In this document: one piece after another, positions 18,875 to 29,927 of the stretch
How the letters are laid out: every line of letters begins with the position of its first letter
Numbering within the stretch: position 1 is the stretch's first letter
From: an uncultured Clostridia bacterium
GTDB lineage: Bacteria > Bacillota > Clostridia > Christensenellales > CAG-138
Direction of reading: 5' to 3'
DNA length: 64,000 nucleotides
Assembly (NCBI GenBank): GCA_937900325.1
Contig: CALCEX010000118.1
Coordinates: forward strand, 15,903-79,902
The notes under the pieces: model-generated
Database searches by the model: none
Told to the model about the DNA's origin: nothing
Seen by the model: only the letters and a program-made list of their open reading frames with translations
Program-made: the position numbers and the translations under genes

Positions 18875-20647
18875 ATGCGGGGAGGTGAAGGGGGCTTGGC
18901 GCGGCCTGCACAGATGATAAAAAAATACGCGGCGGGGGTGGATATAAAAGCTGCGGACATACTATGGAGCCTGCTGTGCGCCCTGCTTTCCTCATGCGGC
19001 ACGGAAAGCTTCGCGCCCTTCGGCCCTGCCGCCATATGCGCGGGAATGCTCGCCGGCATGGGGAGCCGGGCCTTTTTTGGGGCGCTGATAGGCAGCGCCG
19101 CCGCATGCCGCTGGGCGGGCCTTGCCCACAGCCTCGTGTTTGCCGCCCTCTGCCTGATATGGGGCGGGACCATGAAAAAAAGACGCAGAGACAGGCCGGT
19201 GCTGCTTATATCCGCAGGCGTGCTCATAGCGCCCATATTTTACATGGATTCGCTGGACGCCGCCATGACGGGGCTGGGGCAGCTCTCCGCAAGCATTTTC
19301 TTCTCCGCCGTGTTTTACAGGGCGGCGGCGGCGCTGAAGCGCGCCCATCTGGGGCGTGGCATAGGCGAGCGGGATATGACGGCGCTGTTCCTTACGGCGG
19401 GGGCCTGCTGCGCCGCGGCCGCGCCATACTGTATGCGGGGCGTAAGCCTGGGCGGGATATTGGCGGCGTTAATGGCCCTCATGCTCAGCGGCGGCGCCGG
19501 CATATACGCGGTAGCGTGCGCCGCCGTGGCGGGGGCCGGGGCGGCGATAGGCGGGGGGAGCGTGGCCTTCGCGGGGGCGGTGACCATAGGCGCGCTCAGC
19601 GCCTCGGCATTGAGCAAGGGAAAAAAGGCAGGCGTGTGCTGCGGCTTCCTGGGTGTGTGCCTTGTTTGCGCATACTTTGGCGACTGCGAGCTGAACCATG
19701 GCGTCGAAGCGACAATAGCCACCATACTGTATGCCATGATACCAAACAAAAAGCTCAGCCAGTTAGCCGGATTATTCGAAAGGCAGGAGCAGGAGGCGGA
19801 AAGGCGGCTGAAAAGCCTTAAAAGCCGGGTCAAGGAGACGGCGGAGGTATTGAACCGGGTGTCCAGCCTGTTTGAGGCCAGCCCGGAAAGCGAGCTGGAG
19901 CTGTTTACGGGGAGGCAGCTGCGCTGTATGAGCGAGGCGATGGTCAATATGCCGGAGGAAACGGAGCGGCGGTATACGCTGCGCTGCGGAACGGCAGCAA
20001 GGCCGAGGAAGGGCGTGCGGGAGGCGGGGGACAGCATAGCCATACGGGATACCGGCAAGGGGAAGCTTCTGATACTTTCCGACGGCATGGGCAGCGGCCC
20101 GGCAGCCCGCCGTGAAAGCCAGACCGCCGCCGGTCTTGCGGGGGACCTGATGAGCATAGGGGTAAACGAGCTGGACGCGCTGGACTGCGTGAACAGGCTG
20201 CTGATGTACAGGAGCGAATACGATATGTACGCGACCATAGACGCCTTCGCCTTTGACTGCGGGAGCGGCATGGGGCGTTTTTTGAAGCTGGGCGCGCCGC
20301 CAAGCTATATACTGCGCCGGGGGGAGGTGATAGAGCTCAGGGCGGAGACGCTGCCCATAGGCATAATAAAGGGGGCGTCGCCCGCAAGGCAGGAGCTGGA
20401 GCTTTACGAGGGGGACAGGATAATAATGGCCACCGACGGCGTTACGGATGCTCTCGGGGAATCCATGGCGGAGCGTATCGCGGCCCTTTACGAATGTAAA
20501 GATCCCGAAAGGATAGCGCAGACGCTCATATCTCTTTCGTTAGAGGAAGGAAAAATAAACGACGACATGAGCGTCATTGTCGCGCTGGTGCAAAGGGAGA
20601 AAAAGAGCCGGGAAAAAGATACTCGGGACAAGGCCGGTACGCTTTGA
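18875..20647 (+). CDS. spoIIE: SpoIIE-family PP2C phosphatase with a polytopic N-terminal membrane domain (probable stage II sporulation protein E)
   Basis: About 8 N-terminal TM helices and a C-terminal PP2C domain (GDSIAIRD...[17 protein letters not shown]...[10 protein letters not shown]). The start is uncertain; TTG 18896 has GGAGG 10 nt upstream. Confidence 0.75.
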   Translation: MRGGEGGLARPAQMIKKYAAGVDIKAADILWSLLCALLSSCGTESFAPFGPAAICAGMLAGMGSRAFFGALIGSAAACRWAGLAHSLVFAALCLIWGGTMKKRRRDRPVLLISAGVLIAPIFYMDSLDAAMTGLGQLSASIFFSAVFYRAAAALKRAHLGRGIGERDMTALFLTAGACCAAAAPYCMRGVSLGGILAALMALMLSGGAGIYAVACAAVAGAGAAIGGGSVAFAGAVTIGALSASALSKGKKAGVCCGFLGVCLVCAYFGDCELNHGVEATIATILYAMIPNKKLSQLAGLFERQEQEAERRLKSLKSRVKETAEVLNRVSSLFEASPESELELFTGRQLRCMSEAMVNMPEETERRYTLRCGTAARPRKGVREAGDSIAIRDTGKGKLLILSDGMGSGPAARRESQTAAGLAGDLMSIGVNELDALDCVNRLLMYRSEYDMYATIDAFAFDCGSGMGRFLKLGAPPSYILRRGEVIELRAETLPIGIIKGASPARQELELYEGDRIIMATDGVTDALGESMAERIAALYECKDPERIAQTLISLSLEEGKINDDMSVIVALVQREKKSREKDTRDKAGTL

Positions 20648-20752
20648 GGCAATAAGTGTATTAAAAGTGAATTTTCACGGGAAGCTATTTATTTATCAAT
20701 CGTCAAATGGTATAATTAGCCGCTGACATATGAGAAGGGCAGGTGACTTTTT

Positions 20753-21358
20753 GTGAAAAATCTTTGCGTTTTCGGCGCTTCCTGCTCAAATATAGACAGA
20801 GAATATCTTAACGCAGCCTATACGCTGGGTCAGACCATGGCGCGGCGGGGCATAGGCCTTGTTTTCGGCGGCGGCAGCACCGGCCTTATGGGCGCGGCCG
20901 CCCGGGGCGTGCATGACGGCGGCGGCAGGATGACAGGCGTAATACCGGAAAAGCTGAACAGGCCGGGGGTGGCGTATCCGCTCTGCGACGAGCTTATAGT
21001 AACGCCGGATATGCATACGCGAAAGGCTAAAATGGAGGCGCTGAGCGACGGCTTCATAGCCCTCCCCGGCGGGTACGGCACGCTGGAGGAGCTTATGGAG
21101 GTGCTGACGCTGAATCAGCTGGGCTATCTGTCGGCGCCCGTGGTAATATTGAATACGAGAGGATACTATTCGAACCTCATAGCGCAGCTTGAGGAATGCG
21201 TGAACGAGGGCTTTACGGCGGCTCCGTGTCTGGATATTTTTTCAGTGGCGGAAACGCCTGAGGAAGCGGTCGAGCTTGCATTGAACAGGGAGCGGCCGGA
21301 TATACCGGACAAGCTTGCTGACGCCATTCGCTTTGCGGTCGGAGAAACGGGGCAATAA
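20753..21358 (+). CDS. LOG family (TIGR00730) nucleotide 5'-monophosphate nucleosidase
   Basis: GGGSTGLMG and PGGYGTLEEL motifs. GTG start. Confidence 0.85.
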   Translation: MKNLCVFGASCSNIDREYLNAAYTLGQTMARRGIGLVFGGGSTGLMGAAARGVHDGGGRMTGVIPEKLNRPGVAYPLCDELIVTPDMHTRKAKMEALSDGFIALPGGYGTLEELMEVLTLNQLGYLSAPVVILNTRGYYSNLIAQLEECVNEGFTAAPCLDIFSVAETPEEAVELALNRERPDIPDKLADAIRFAVGETGQ

Positions 21359-21727
21359 ATGAAGCACAATATAATGGTATGCGTCACAGGATCCAGGACC
21401 TGCGATAGGCTTATCTCAAGGGGCCTTGAAAGAAGCGCCGATTCAGATATACACGTGGTTCACTGCGTGGAGACGGGCCGCAACTTTATGGGCACGCCCT
21501 TTGAAGGGGACGCGGTGGAGTATCTCTTTACCGCGGCGCAGCTTGCGGGGGCGGAGCTTATACTCCTCAGGGCGGACAACGTGGACGACGCGCTGGTGGA
21601 ATACGCCGAAAAGAACGGTATAGACGTTATAATCATGGGAGCGAGCCCCATAAATCTGGATCATGAAACGATAGTGACCCGGCTGCAAAGGCGGCTTCCT
21701 AATGTGGAATTTGATATAATAGGATAG
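21359..21727 (+). CDS. universal-stress-protein-like (Usp/KdpD-Usp type) domain protein
   Basis: IMVCVTGSRTCDRLISRG...HVVHCVE...DVIIMGAS pattern. TAAATG junction with the LOG gene. Confidence 0.5.
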   Translation: MKHNIMVCVTGSRTCDRLISRGLERSADSDIHVVHCVETGRNFMGTPFEGDAVEYLFTAAQLAGAELILLRADNVDDALVEYAEKNGIDVIIMGASPINLDHETIVTRLQRRLPNVEFDIIG

Positions 21728-21735
21728 CGATAGCT

Positions 21736-21766
21736 TAAAAATGACCGTAGCTACGGTCATTTTTTA
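21736..21766 (+). terminator. intrinsic terminator
   Basis: TGACCGTAG/CTACGGTCA perfect 9-bp stem followed by T6. Confidence 0.85.
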
Positions 21767-21828
21767 TGATATAATAAAAACCGAAGCGATATGGCAAAAT
21801 AGTTTTGAAGCGCAAAGGAGGCAAAGAT

Positions 21829-23619
21829 ATGGCGGCTGAGCTCAAGGCACGCAAGGATATGGACAAAAGGTATATGTGGGATCTTACCCGGATATACAGA
21901 ACCAATGAGGACTGGGAAGCGGCATTTGCCGAGCTGCAGGCCAGCATACCAGAGGTGAGCAGGTATTCCGGCACCATGGGTACCCCCGCGGGCGCAAAGG
22001 CGGCGCTGGACGGCTTTTACGACATGGTTCACCGCTCCATGCTGATGTATCTTTACGCGGAGCTCAATAAATCGGGCGACAACGGCGACCCGGAGTATCA
22101 GGCCATGAACGAGCGCGCCATGACGCTGCTGGTGCAGCTGAACACCGCCGCGAGCTACATAACCCCCGAGCTTGCCTCGCTGCCCACAGAGACGCTGCAG
22201 TCCTATCTTGACGCCCCGGAGCTGGAGCTGTACCGCCACCAGATAGCGGATATAATCCGGGTGCGCAGGTATGTGCTTTCCCCCGAGCAGGAAAAGATGC
22301 TTTCCATGCTGGCGGACGCGGCCCAGACACCGGACAACAGCTTTACCATGCTGGAGAGCGTGGATATGACCTTCCCCGCCATAAAGGACGAAAACGGCCG
22401 GGAGGCGCAGCTCACCCACGGCAACTTCGGCGTGTACCGCGAGAGCGCTGACCGCCGGGTGCGCAAGGAAGCATTTGAAAAGTATTTCGGCGAATTTAAG
22501 AAGTATATAAACACCTTTGCGGCCATGTACGGCGGCAGCGTGAAGTTCGATAATTACTTTGCCGGCGTAAGGGGGCATGAGAGCGCCCTTGCCGCGGCGC
22601 TTTACGGCGATGATGTGCCTGAGGCGGTGTATGACAGCCTTATAGATGCGGTGCATGAGGCGCTGCCCGCCATGGGCAGGTATATAGCCCTCCGCAAAAA
22701 GACGCTGGGCCTTGAAGAGCTGCATATGTACGACCTCTACAATCCCATGGTAGAGGACGCGGGGATGAAGTTCACCTTTGAGGAGGCGAAGGGCATAGTA
22801 AAGAAGGCGCTTGCGCCCTTGGGCGAGGAATACGGCAGGCTTCTCGATAAGGCCTTTGCCGAGGGCTGGATAGACGTATACGAAAACAAAGGAAAAACCA
22901 CGGGCGCATTCTCCTGCGGCGTTTACGGCGTACACCCCTATGTGCTGCTCAACTTCACCAACGGGCTGGACGATGTGTTCACCCTTGCCCATGAATTGGG
23001 CCACGCGATGCATTCATATAAGTCCGACCATGCCCAGGCCTTTGCCAACCACGATTATTCCATAATGGCGGCGGAGGTGGCCTCCACGGTAAACGAGGTG
23101 CTGCTGCTGAAATATCTCGTATCCGGCGAGACGGACGATAAGCGCAGGGCGTACCTGCTGAACCACTTTATAGAGGGCTTCCGCACCACGCTTTTCCGCC
23201 AGACCCTGTTTGCGGAATTCGAGAAGGAGACCCATGCCATGGCTCAAGCCGGCCAGCCCCTGACTGCCGGCAGCATGAACGCGCTTTACAGGCGGCTCAA
23301 TGAGCTGTATTATGCCGGCGCGGTGGTGGATGAGCTTCAGGATATCGAGTGGGCGCGCATACCGCACTTCTACAACGCATTTTACGTATACCAGTACGCC
23401 ACGGGCTATTCCGCGGCGGTTGCCATAGCCGAAAGGATACTTGAAACCGGCGACGCCTCGGATTACCTCCGCTTCCTGACCACGGGCGGCAGCGACTACC
23501 CCATCAACGAGCTGCGCATAGCGGGCGTCGATCTGGCAAGCCCGAAGGTAGTGAGCAACGCGCTCAGGGAGTTCTCCCGCAGCGTGGACGAGCTGGAAGA
23601 GCTGCTCGGCAGGCTTTGA
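21829..23619 (+). CDS. pepF: oligoendopeptidase F (M3B)
   Basis: HELGHAMH zinc motif and about 600 aa. ATG 21829 follows AAAGGAGG, and TGaTATAAT lies at 21767-21775. Confidence 0.9.
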   Translation: MAAELKARKDMDKRYMWDLTRIYRTNEDWEAAFAELQASIPEVSRYSGTMGTPAGAKAALDGFYDMVHRSMLMYLYAELNKSGDNGDPEYQAMNERAMTLLVQLNTAASYITPELASLPTETLQSYLDAPELELYRHQIADIIRVRRYVLSPEQEKMLSMLADAAQTPDNSFTMLESVDMTFPAIKDENGREAQLTHGNFGVYRESADRRVRKEAFEKYFGEFKKYINTFAAMYGGSVKFDNYFAGVRGHESALAAALYGDDVPEAVYDSLIDAVHEALPAMGRYIALRKKTLGLEELHMYDLYNPMVEDAGMKFTFEEAKGIVKKALAPLGEEYGRLLDKAFAEGWIDVYENKGKTTGAFSCGVYGVHPYVLLNFTNGLDDVFTLAHELGHAMHSYKSDHAQAFANHDYSIMAAEVASTVNEVLLLKYLVSGETDDKRRAYLLNHFIEGFRTTLFRQTLFAEFEKETHAMAQAGQPLTAGSMNALYRRLNELYYAGAVVDELQDIEWARIPHFYNAFYVYQYATGYSAAVAIAERILETGDASDYLRFLTTGGSDYPINELRIAGVDLASPKVVSNALREFSRSVDELEELLGRL

Positions 23620-23661
23620 TAACGCAGAAATTAACGCATAACCATAAAGGAGATATCATAC

Positions 23662-23976
23662 ATGACATACGATGTTGACCTTAACGAAATGAAAGCATAT
23701 ATACTCAATAAGTTCAAGAACGAGGGGGACTTTGATTTTCTCAGGGAGGGCCTTATGGAGGAAATGGTTGACGAGATGATGTCCGTTGACCAGGCGTACC
23801 TTGGCAAGCTTTCGGAGGATGACGATTACGAGGACGACGACGTATATGAGCTGCTCATCGCCGCCCTCCAGAATAAATACCCCGACTACAAAATGTACGC
23901 CATGCGCCTTGCCGAGGACTATCTGGACTTTTCCGAGGAGTACCTCGTCAGCGTGGACGCTATTGAGTGGGAATAA
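23662..23976 (+). CDS. small highly acidic hypothetical protein
   Basis: AAGGAG RBS, 104 aa, rich in D/E (SEDDDYEDDDVYE). No recognisable family. Confidence 0.5.
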   Translation: MTYDVDLNEMKAYILNKFKNEGDFDFLREGLMEEMVDEMMSVDQAYLGKLSEDDDYEDDDVYELLIAALQNKYPDYKMYAMRLAEDYLDFSEEYLVSVDAIEWE

Positions 23977-24000
23977 ACAGAATTCAGCCTTAATAAACAA

Positions 24001-24028
24001 CAGGGCCGGGGCGTATGCCCCGGCCCTG
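24001..24028. terminator. bidirectional terminator
   Basis: CAGGGCCGGGG-N6-CCCCGGCCCTG, an 11-bp stem with T-rich flanks on both strands. Confidence 0.85.
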
Positions 24029-24054
24029 TTTGGTCTTTTAGGTGTTTACGCGGA

Positions 24055-25812
24055 TTAACGGCCGAACTGGCAGTCGTTGTTGCCGGAATCGGTGATCCAC
24101 ATCTCAAGCATGTTGATGGGGTCGTTGAAGTCGGCGATCCAGCCTTCGCGGCAGAAGTCGAAGTTGCCGTTCTTGCGCTCCTGGAGGAATACGTTCCAGT
24201 CGCACTGCTTGATGGTCATTTCGATGCCGACGGCGGCCAGATCCTGCTGCATAGCCTCGGCGATCTTTACGTGGCTGGTGGACTCGTTGGTCAGATACTC
24301 AATGGAGATGGGGGTCTCGGCGGAGAGCATGCCGTCGTCGCCGAACTTGTAGCCGGCAGCCTTCAGCAGAGTACGGGCCTTCTCAACGGTACCCTCGTAG
24401 TCATTGTTGATGGCATAGGGATCAAAGTAGCCCTGCTCTATCAGGTCGGTCTTGAAGATGCCGCCGTTGCCGTCAGCCATGCCGTAGGGGATGAAGGCGT
24501 TTGCGGGCTTCTGGCCGCACTGGGCTATGTTCTCGATGATGTAGTCGCGGTCGATAAGGATGGAGAAGGCCTCGCGCATGCAGGCGGCCTGCTCAGGGGT
24601 CTTATCGGCAAAGAGGGCGCTCTTGCAGTTGAACGCTGCATAGTAGGTGCCCAGAGCATCGATGATGTGGAACTCGGGGTTCTCCTTCAGGGAGGCGATC
24701 TCGTTGGTAGGAACGGTATCGATGAAGTCTACGTCGCCTGCATTGTAGGCGGAGTAGATGGCGGTGTCGTCAGCGGAAAGCATGAACTGGAGCTTGTTGA
24801 CGGTAACCTTGTCGGCGTCGTACCAGTAGGGGTTCTTCTCATAGGTCATGGAGGTGTCGTGGTTCCACTCGGTGCAGACATAAGCGCCGTTGGAAACGAA
24901 ACCGGCATCCTGGCACCAGCCGCCGGGGGAGGTCTGCCAATCCTTATAGGCTTCAACAGCGGACTGCTTTACGGGGTAGAAGGTGGGGAACGCCATAAGG
25001 TCCTCGATGTAGGCGCAGGGCGCGGTCAGGACGAACTCAAAGGTGGTGGCGTCCTTGGCGGTTACGTTCAGCTCATCGGGATAGCCCGCGAAGCCGGCGA
25101 ACATGTAGGCATAGTCGGCGGCGGTAGCGGTGGAGGCGGCGCGCTTCCATGCATACTCAAAGTCGGCAGCGGTCAGGTCGGAGCCGTCGGACCACTTCAG
25201 GCCTTCGCGCAGGGTGACGGTGTAGGTCAGGCCGTCCTCGGATACGGTGTAGCCGGTGGCGCAGGCGGGAACGGTCTTGCCCTCTGCGTTATAGGTGTAG
25301 AGGCCGGAGAAGGAGTTGGCTGCCAGGCAGGCGCCGTCAACGGTGCTGTTGAGGGCGGGATCCAGATAGTCAGGCTCGGAGGCCAGGTTCAGACGCAGGG
25401 TATCGGAGCCGTTGCTCATGGTAGCATACATGAAGAACTTGGTCTGGAAGAGGTTGGCGTAGATGCCGTCCACGTAGCTCTTCTGCATATACAGATCGTT
25501 GTAGTAGTAGAAGGGCAGCACGCAGTAGTTGGACATCAGGATGTCCTCGGCCTTGTGCATGAGCTCGGTACGCTTTGCGTAGTCGGTCTCATTCTTTATC
25601 TGGGTGATAAGGTCGTTGTACTGGCCCCAGTCAGCGGTGGGGTCGATGAAGGCGTCGCTTACAAGAGAAGCAGCGTCGGTAGCTTCCGTAGTGGCGGGAG
25701 CCTCCTCGGTGGTAGTGGGCTCGTTGGGAGTTTCAGCGGCAGGGCTGGAGCATGCAGCAAATACGCCGCAGCACATCACAGCAACGAGAAGCAGTGCGAG
25801 TACTTTTTTCAT
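24055..25812 (-). CDS. oppA: peptide ABC transporter substrate-binding lipoprotein (family 5)
   Basis: MKKVLALLLVAVMCCGVFAAC lipobox, 585 aa, last gene of the opp-type operon. Confidence 0.85.
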   Translation of the reverse strand: MKKVLALLLVAVMCCGVFAACSSPAAETPNEPTTTEEAPATTEATDAASLVSDAFIDPTADWGQYNDLITQIKNETDYAKRTELMHKAEDILMSNYCVLPFYYYNDLYMQKSYVDGIYANLFQTKFFMYATMSNGSDTLRLNLASEPDYLDPALNSTVDGACLAANSFSGLYTYNAEGKTVPACATGYTVSEDGLTYTVTLREGLKWSDGSDLTAADFEYAWKRAASTATAADYAYMFAGFAGYPDELNVTAKDATTFEFVLTAPCAYIEDLMAFPTFYPVKQSAVEAYKDWQTSPGGWCQDAGFVSNGAYVCTEWNHDTSMTYEKNPYWYDADKVTVNKLQFMLSADDTAIYSAYNAGDVDFIDTVPTNEIASLKENPEFHIIDALGTYYAAFNCKSALFADKTPEQAACMREAFSILIDRDYIIENIAQCGQKPANAFIPYGMADGNGGIFKTDLIEQGYFDPYAINNDYEGTVEKARTLLKAAGYKFGDDGMLSAETPISIEYLTNESTSHVKIAEAMQQDLAAVGIEMTIKQCDWNVFLQERKNGNFDFCREGWIADFNDPINMLEMWITDSGNNDCQFGR

Positions 25813-25870
25813 GGTTATTCCTCCATATTTTTTATTTAGTAAATACCCAAAGGGTAAAATACTTTTGAAA

Positions 25871-26845
25871 TTACTGGTTCCAGCAGGCTACCATATGCCC
25901 GTTGCCCCTGTCGGTAAGCTCGGGGCGCTCCATGGCGCACTGCTCCGTAGCATAGCGGCAGCGGGTGCGGAAGGGGCAGCCGGAGGGCATCTTAAGGGGG
26001 CTGGGAACGTCGCCCTCAAGAATTATGCGGTGCTTTTTGCGGGCGATATTGGGGTCGGGTATGGGTACCGCAGAAAGCAGGGACTGGGTGTAGGGGTGCT
26101 TGGGATCGGACATCAGCTCGTTGGCGTCCGCAAGCTCTACTATGTGGCCCAGATACATTACCGCTATGCGGTTGGAAATATGCTGTACTACCAGCAGGTC
26201 GTGGGCGATGAAGAGATACGCTACCCCGAGCTGGCTCTGCAGATCCTCAAACATATTGATGACCTGCGCCTGAATGGATACGTCCAGCGCGGACACCGGC
26301 TCGTCGCAGACGATGAACTTGGGGTCCACGGCGAGGGCGCGGGCTATGCCTATGCGCTGGCGCTGGCCGCCGGAAAATTCGTGGGCATAGCGGGTGGCGT
26401 GCTCGGAGTTGAGCCCCACCAGCTCCATAAGGCTTATTACCTTATCCCGGCGTTCCTTGCGGTTTGCGCAGAGATGGTGCACGTCGAGAGGCTCGCCGAT
26501 TATATCCTCGGCGGTCATGCGGGGATCCAGAGAGGAATAGGGATCCTGGAACACCATCTGCATTTTGGAACGCATCTTCTGGATGTTCTTTTTTGTGATC
26601 TCCTCGCCCTCAAAGAGAACCTTGCCGCCGGTGGGGTCGTAAAGGTGGAGCAGGGAGCGGCCTACGGTGGTCTTGCCGCAGCCGGACTCGCCCACGAGCC
26701 CCAGCGTCTCGCCGGGCTTTATGCTGAAGGACACGTCGTCAACAGCCTTTAGGGTCATGTTCTTGAAGCCGGAGCGCACCCGGAAATACTGTTTCAGATG
26801 TTCAACTTCTACGAGATATTCGCTCATATTATTCAGCCTCCTCAA
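25871..26845 (-). CDS. oppF: oligopeptide ABC transporter ATP-binding protein OppF
   Basis: Walker A GESGCGKTT, LSGGQRQR signature, and the C-terminal oligopeptide ATPase extension. Confidence 0.9.
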   Translation of the reverse strand: MRRLNNMSEYLVEVEHLKQYFRVRSGFKNMTLKAVDDVSFSIKPGETLGLVGESGCGKTTVGRSLLHLYDPTGGKVLFEGEEITKKNIQKMRSKMQMVFQDPYSSLDPRMTAEDIIGEPLDVHHLCANRKERRDKVISLMELVGLNSEHATRYAHEFSGGQRQRIGIARALAVDPKFIVCDEPVSALDVSIQAQVINMFEDLQSQLGVAYLFIAHDLLVVQHISNRIAVMYLGHIVELADANELMSDPKHPYTQSLLSAVPIPDPNIARKKHRIILEGDVPSPLKMPSGCPFRTRCRYATEQCAMERPELTDRGNGHMVACWNQ

Positions 26846-27845
26846 CAGTTCCGATATTGTCGCGGGTGTTTATCCAGCAGGACGCCATGTGGTTCCCGTT
26901 GATTATGCGCTCCTCCGGCACCTGCTCAAGGCATATCTTCATGGCCTTGTCGCAGCGGGCGCAGAAGGGGCAGCCCTTGGGCATATTAAGCATATTTATG
27001 GGAGTGCCGGAGATGGGTACCAGGCGCTCCTTCATGTTGGTGATGTTGGGTATGCTGCGAAGCAATCCCCTGGTGTATTCGTGGCGGGGGTTGTAGAATA
27101 TCTCGTCGGCAGTGCCCCGCTCGCAGAAGCGGCCGCCGTACATGACCACTATCTCATCGCACATTTCGGCTATTACGCCGAGATCGTGGGTGACCATTAT
27201 GATGGCCATGCCAAGCTTTTTCTGGAGGCTCTGCATGAGCTCGAGTATCTGCGCCTGTATGGTAACGTCCAACGCGGTGGTCGGTTCGTCCGCTATGAGT
27301 ATATCCGGCTCGCAGGCCAGCGCCATGGCTATCATAACGCGCTGGCGCATACCGCCTGAAAGCTCGTAGGGATACTGTCTGAGGCGCTTTTCAGGCTCGT
27401 TTATGCCGACGAGCCTGAGCATCTCAAGGGCCTTTGCCATGGCCTCATGCTTGCTGCTCTTGGTGTGCAGCAGCACCGCCTCGGCTATCTGGCTGCCTAT
27501 GGTGAACACGGGGTTCAGGCTGGTCATGGGATCCTGGAAGATTATGGAGCAGCACTTGCCCCGGAAATCCTGCATCCTGGATTCGTTCCAGCGGGATATA
27601 TCCTCGCCCTTATACAGTATCTCGCCGCTGGTTATGCGCCCGTTATCGGCCAGTATCTGCATTATGGAGTAGGCGGTGACGCTCTTGCCGGAGCCGGATT
27701 CGCCCACTATGCCCAGCACCTTGCCGGCGTCCAGGTTGAAGGAAACGCCGTTTACCGCCTGTACCTCGCCGTGGTCGGTGGTGAAGGAGGTATGCAGGTC
27801 TTTTACGCTAAGAAGATGGGTAGTATTTTCGCTCATGTTCGTCAC
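26829..27845 (-). CDS. oppD: oligopeptide ABC transporter ATP-binding protein OppD
   Basis: Walker [18 protein letters not shown], and a C-terminal Cys-containing extension. Confidence 0.9.
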   Translation of the reverse strand: MTNMSENTTHLLSVKDLHTSFTTDHGEVQAVNGVSFNLDAGKVLGIVGESGSGKSVTAYSIMQILADNGRITSGEILYKGEDISRWNESRMQDFRGKCCSIIFQDPMTSLNPVFTIGSQIAEAVLLHTKSSKHEAMAKALEMLRLVGINEPEKRLRQYPYELSGGMRQRVMIAMALACEPDILIADEPTTALDVTIQAQILELMQSLQKKLGMAIIMVTHDLGVIAEMCDEIVVMYGGRFCERGTADEIFYNPRHEYTRGLLRSIPNITNMKERLVPISGTPINMLNMPKGCPFCARCDKAMKICLEQVPEERIINGNHMASCWINTRDNIGTVEEAE

Positions 27846-28915
27846 CTCTTCAGCTTAGGATCGAAGGCGTCCCTGAGGCCGTCGCCCAGAAGGTTCATGG
27901 AAAGAACTATAAGGCAGATGGTAAGCGCGGGGAACACCAGCTTATAGGGGTAGGACTGAAGGCCGTCCCTGGCGTAGTTTGCGAGGGAGCCCAAGGAGGG
28001 CATCGGGGCGCGGACGCCCATACCTATAAAGGAGAGGTAGCTTTCGGTAAATATTGCCGAGGGTATCTGCAAGGCGGTTGTTATGATTATGACCGATATG
28101 CAGTTGGGCAGAATATGCTGCCGGATTATACGCCCGGAGCCTGCGCCTATGGATTGGGCGGCCAGGATATAGTCGTTCTCCTTTATGGAGAGTATCTGGC
28201 CGCGGATAAGGCGGGCCATGCCTACCCAATAAAGAAGGCCGAACACCAGGAACAGCGATATCATGTTTGCCCCCAGCTTGTTGAGAAGGGAACCTGTGGG
28301 GAAGTGTATCAGCTCATCGAATACCACAGCCAGCAGTATCACCATGAGCATATCGGGCAGGGAGTAGATGATATCCACTATCCGCATCATTATAAGGTCT
28401 ACCTTGCCGCCCAGATAGCCGGATATGCTGCCGTATATGACGCCGATTATCATGACTATTATGCTGGCGAAGAGGCCGACGCAGAGGGATACGCGGGTGC
28501 CGTATATAACGCGGATGAAATAATCGCGGCACTGTTCGTCCGTGCCGAAAATATGGGGGAAGCGCTCTCCGCCCTGGGCGATGTATTCCTGCTCCATCTC
28601 GCTGTATGTGAAGGGGGCCATGTTCTTGGCTCCCTTATCGCGCCTGCCGTTTACGGAAAGTATCTCGGAATACTTATAGGGCACGATCATCGGCGCGACT
28701 ATTATGGTGATTATGATGAGGGTGAGCACTATAAGGCTGGCCACGGCCAGAGGGTTCTTGAAGAGCTTGCGCATACCGTCCCGGAAGAAGGTAGTGCTCT
28801 TGCTCATAACGTCCTGCTGCCGCTTTTCCTCTTCGGTGGCGGGAGCAAACTTTTCAAGGTCTATCTGCATGCTCAGCGGGTTCTTTTTGGGAAGTGAGCC
28901 TTTGTTCTGTTCCAA
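27842..28915 (-). CDS. oppC: oligopeptide ABC transporter permease OppC
   Basis: BPD-transporter permease with the N-terminal OppC extension. It overlaps oppD by 4 nt. Confidence 0.88.
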   Translation of the reverse strand: MEQNKGSLPKKNPLSMQIDLEKFAPATEEEKRQQDVMSKSTTFFRDGMRKLFKNPLAVASLIVLTLIIITIIVAPMIVPYKYSEILSVNGRRDKGAKNMAPFTYSEMEQEYIAQGGERFPHIFGTDEQCRDYFIRVIYGTRVSLCVGLFASIIVMIIGVIYGSISGYLGGKVDLIMMRIVDIIYSLPDMLMVILLAVVFDELIHFPTGSLLNKLGANMISLFLVFGLLYWVGMARLIRGQILSIKENDYILAAQSIGAGSGRIIRQHILPNCISVIIITTALQIPSAIFTESYLSFIGMGVRAPMPSLGSLANYARDGLQSYPYKLVFPALTICLIVLSMNLLGDGLRDAFDPKLKR

Positions 28916-28934
28916 GAGTATCCGCCTCCTTTCT

Positions 28935-29846
28935 TTAGTCGTAATTGATGCGGGGATCGACCAGCTTATACAGCAGGTCGCATATGAGCGTCGCCGCTAC
29001 CATGAGGGTGGCAAGGAAGATCGTGGTGGCCATTATCATGGTGTAGTCGCGGTTGGTTATGGCGCTTACGAATTTACTGCCTATGCCGCCTATGGTGAAT
29101 ATCGTTTCGACTATCATGGAGCCGGTGATTATGTAGGCTATCTGCGGGCCGGCGTAGGTTATTACGGGAATGAGGGAGTTGCGCAGGGCGTGCTTGAAGA
29201 TGACGGTCCATTTATGTACGCCCTTTGCCTTTGCGGTGCGGATATAATCCTGGCTCAGCGCGTCGAGCATGCTCGTCTTGGAAAGGCGGGTGATGTAAGC
29301 CATTGGGTATGCCGAGAGCGCTATTACCGGAAGGACATAGCTGGGGTTATTGGCGCTCCAGACGGGCACCCAGCCCAGCTTTATACAAAATACAAGCAGC
29401 AGCAGCGTCGCCAGCACAAAGCTCGGCACTGCCGTAAACAGCGTAGAAAAGAATACTATGACGCGATCCGGCCATTTATTGCGCATGAGGGCGGCAACGC
29501 TGCCGAATACCGTGCCGCAAATCAGGGCGATGGATATGGCGCGAAGGCCGACCTTGCAGGATATGGGGAAGGATTCGGATATTATGGCGCTTATCTCGCG
29601 GCCGTTCTTGAGGGATACGCCGAAGTCGCCCTTGAGAAGCTCCTTGATATAGATACCGAACTGCACCACAACGGGCTTATCCAGATTGTATCTGGCCTCG
29701 AGCGCAGCGATGGTGGCCGGGTCGAGAGCCTTTTCGCGGTTGAACGGGCCGCCCGGAATGGCGTGCATAAGGAAAAATGTGATTGCGCATATTATGAATA
29801 CGGTGAGGACTGCAAGCAGGAGACGCTTGACAATGTATTTTGTCAC
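28935..29846 (-). CDS. oppB: oligopeptide ABC transporter permease OppB
   Basis: TKYIVKRLLLAVLTVFIICAITFFLMHAIPGGPF. GTG start at 29846 follows GGAGGGAG. The track ORF runs upstream through non-coding C-rich sequence. Confidence 0.88.
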   Translation of the reverse strand: MTKYIVKRLLLAVLTVFIICAITFFLMHAIPGGPFNREKALDPATIAALEARYNLDKPVVVQFGIYIKELLKGDFGVSLKNGREISAIISESFPISCKVGLRAISIALICGTVFGSVAALMRNKWPDRVIVFFSTLFTAVPSFVLATLLLLVFCIKLGWVPVWSANNPSYVLPVIALSAYPMAYITRLSKTSMLDALSQDYIRTAKAKGVHKWTVIFKHALRNSLIPVITYAGPQIAYIITGSMIVETIFTIGGIGSKFVSAITNRDYTMIMATTIFLATLMVAATLICDLLYKLVDPRINYD

Positions 29847-29895
29847 ATTTCTCCCTCCTTTCTGAGTTATTATTTTACCGGCTATGTATTTATTT

Positions 29896-29927
29896 ATTAT
29901 AATATTGACGGCGTGGCTCGTCAATAT
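29896..29927 (-). promoter_or_regulatory. consensus sigma-A promoter of the opp operon overlapped by a 9-bp inverted repeat
   Basis: On the minus strand: TTGACG (29924-29919), 17-nt spacer, TATAAT (29901-29896). ATATTGACG (29902-29910) and CGTCAATAT (29919-29927) form a perfect palindrome with an 8-nt spacer. Confidence 0.75.
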
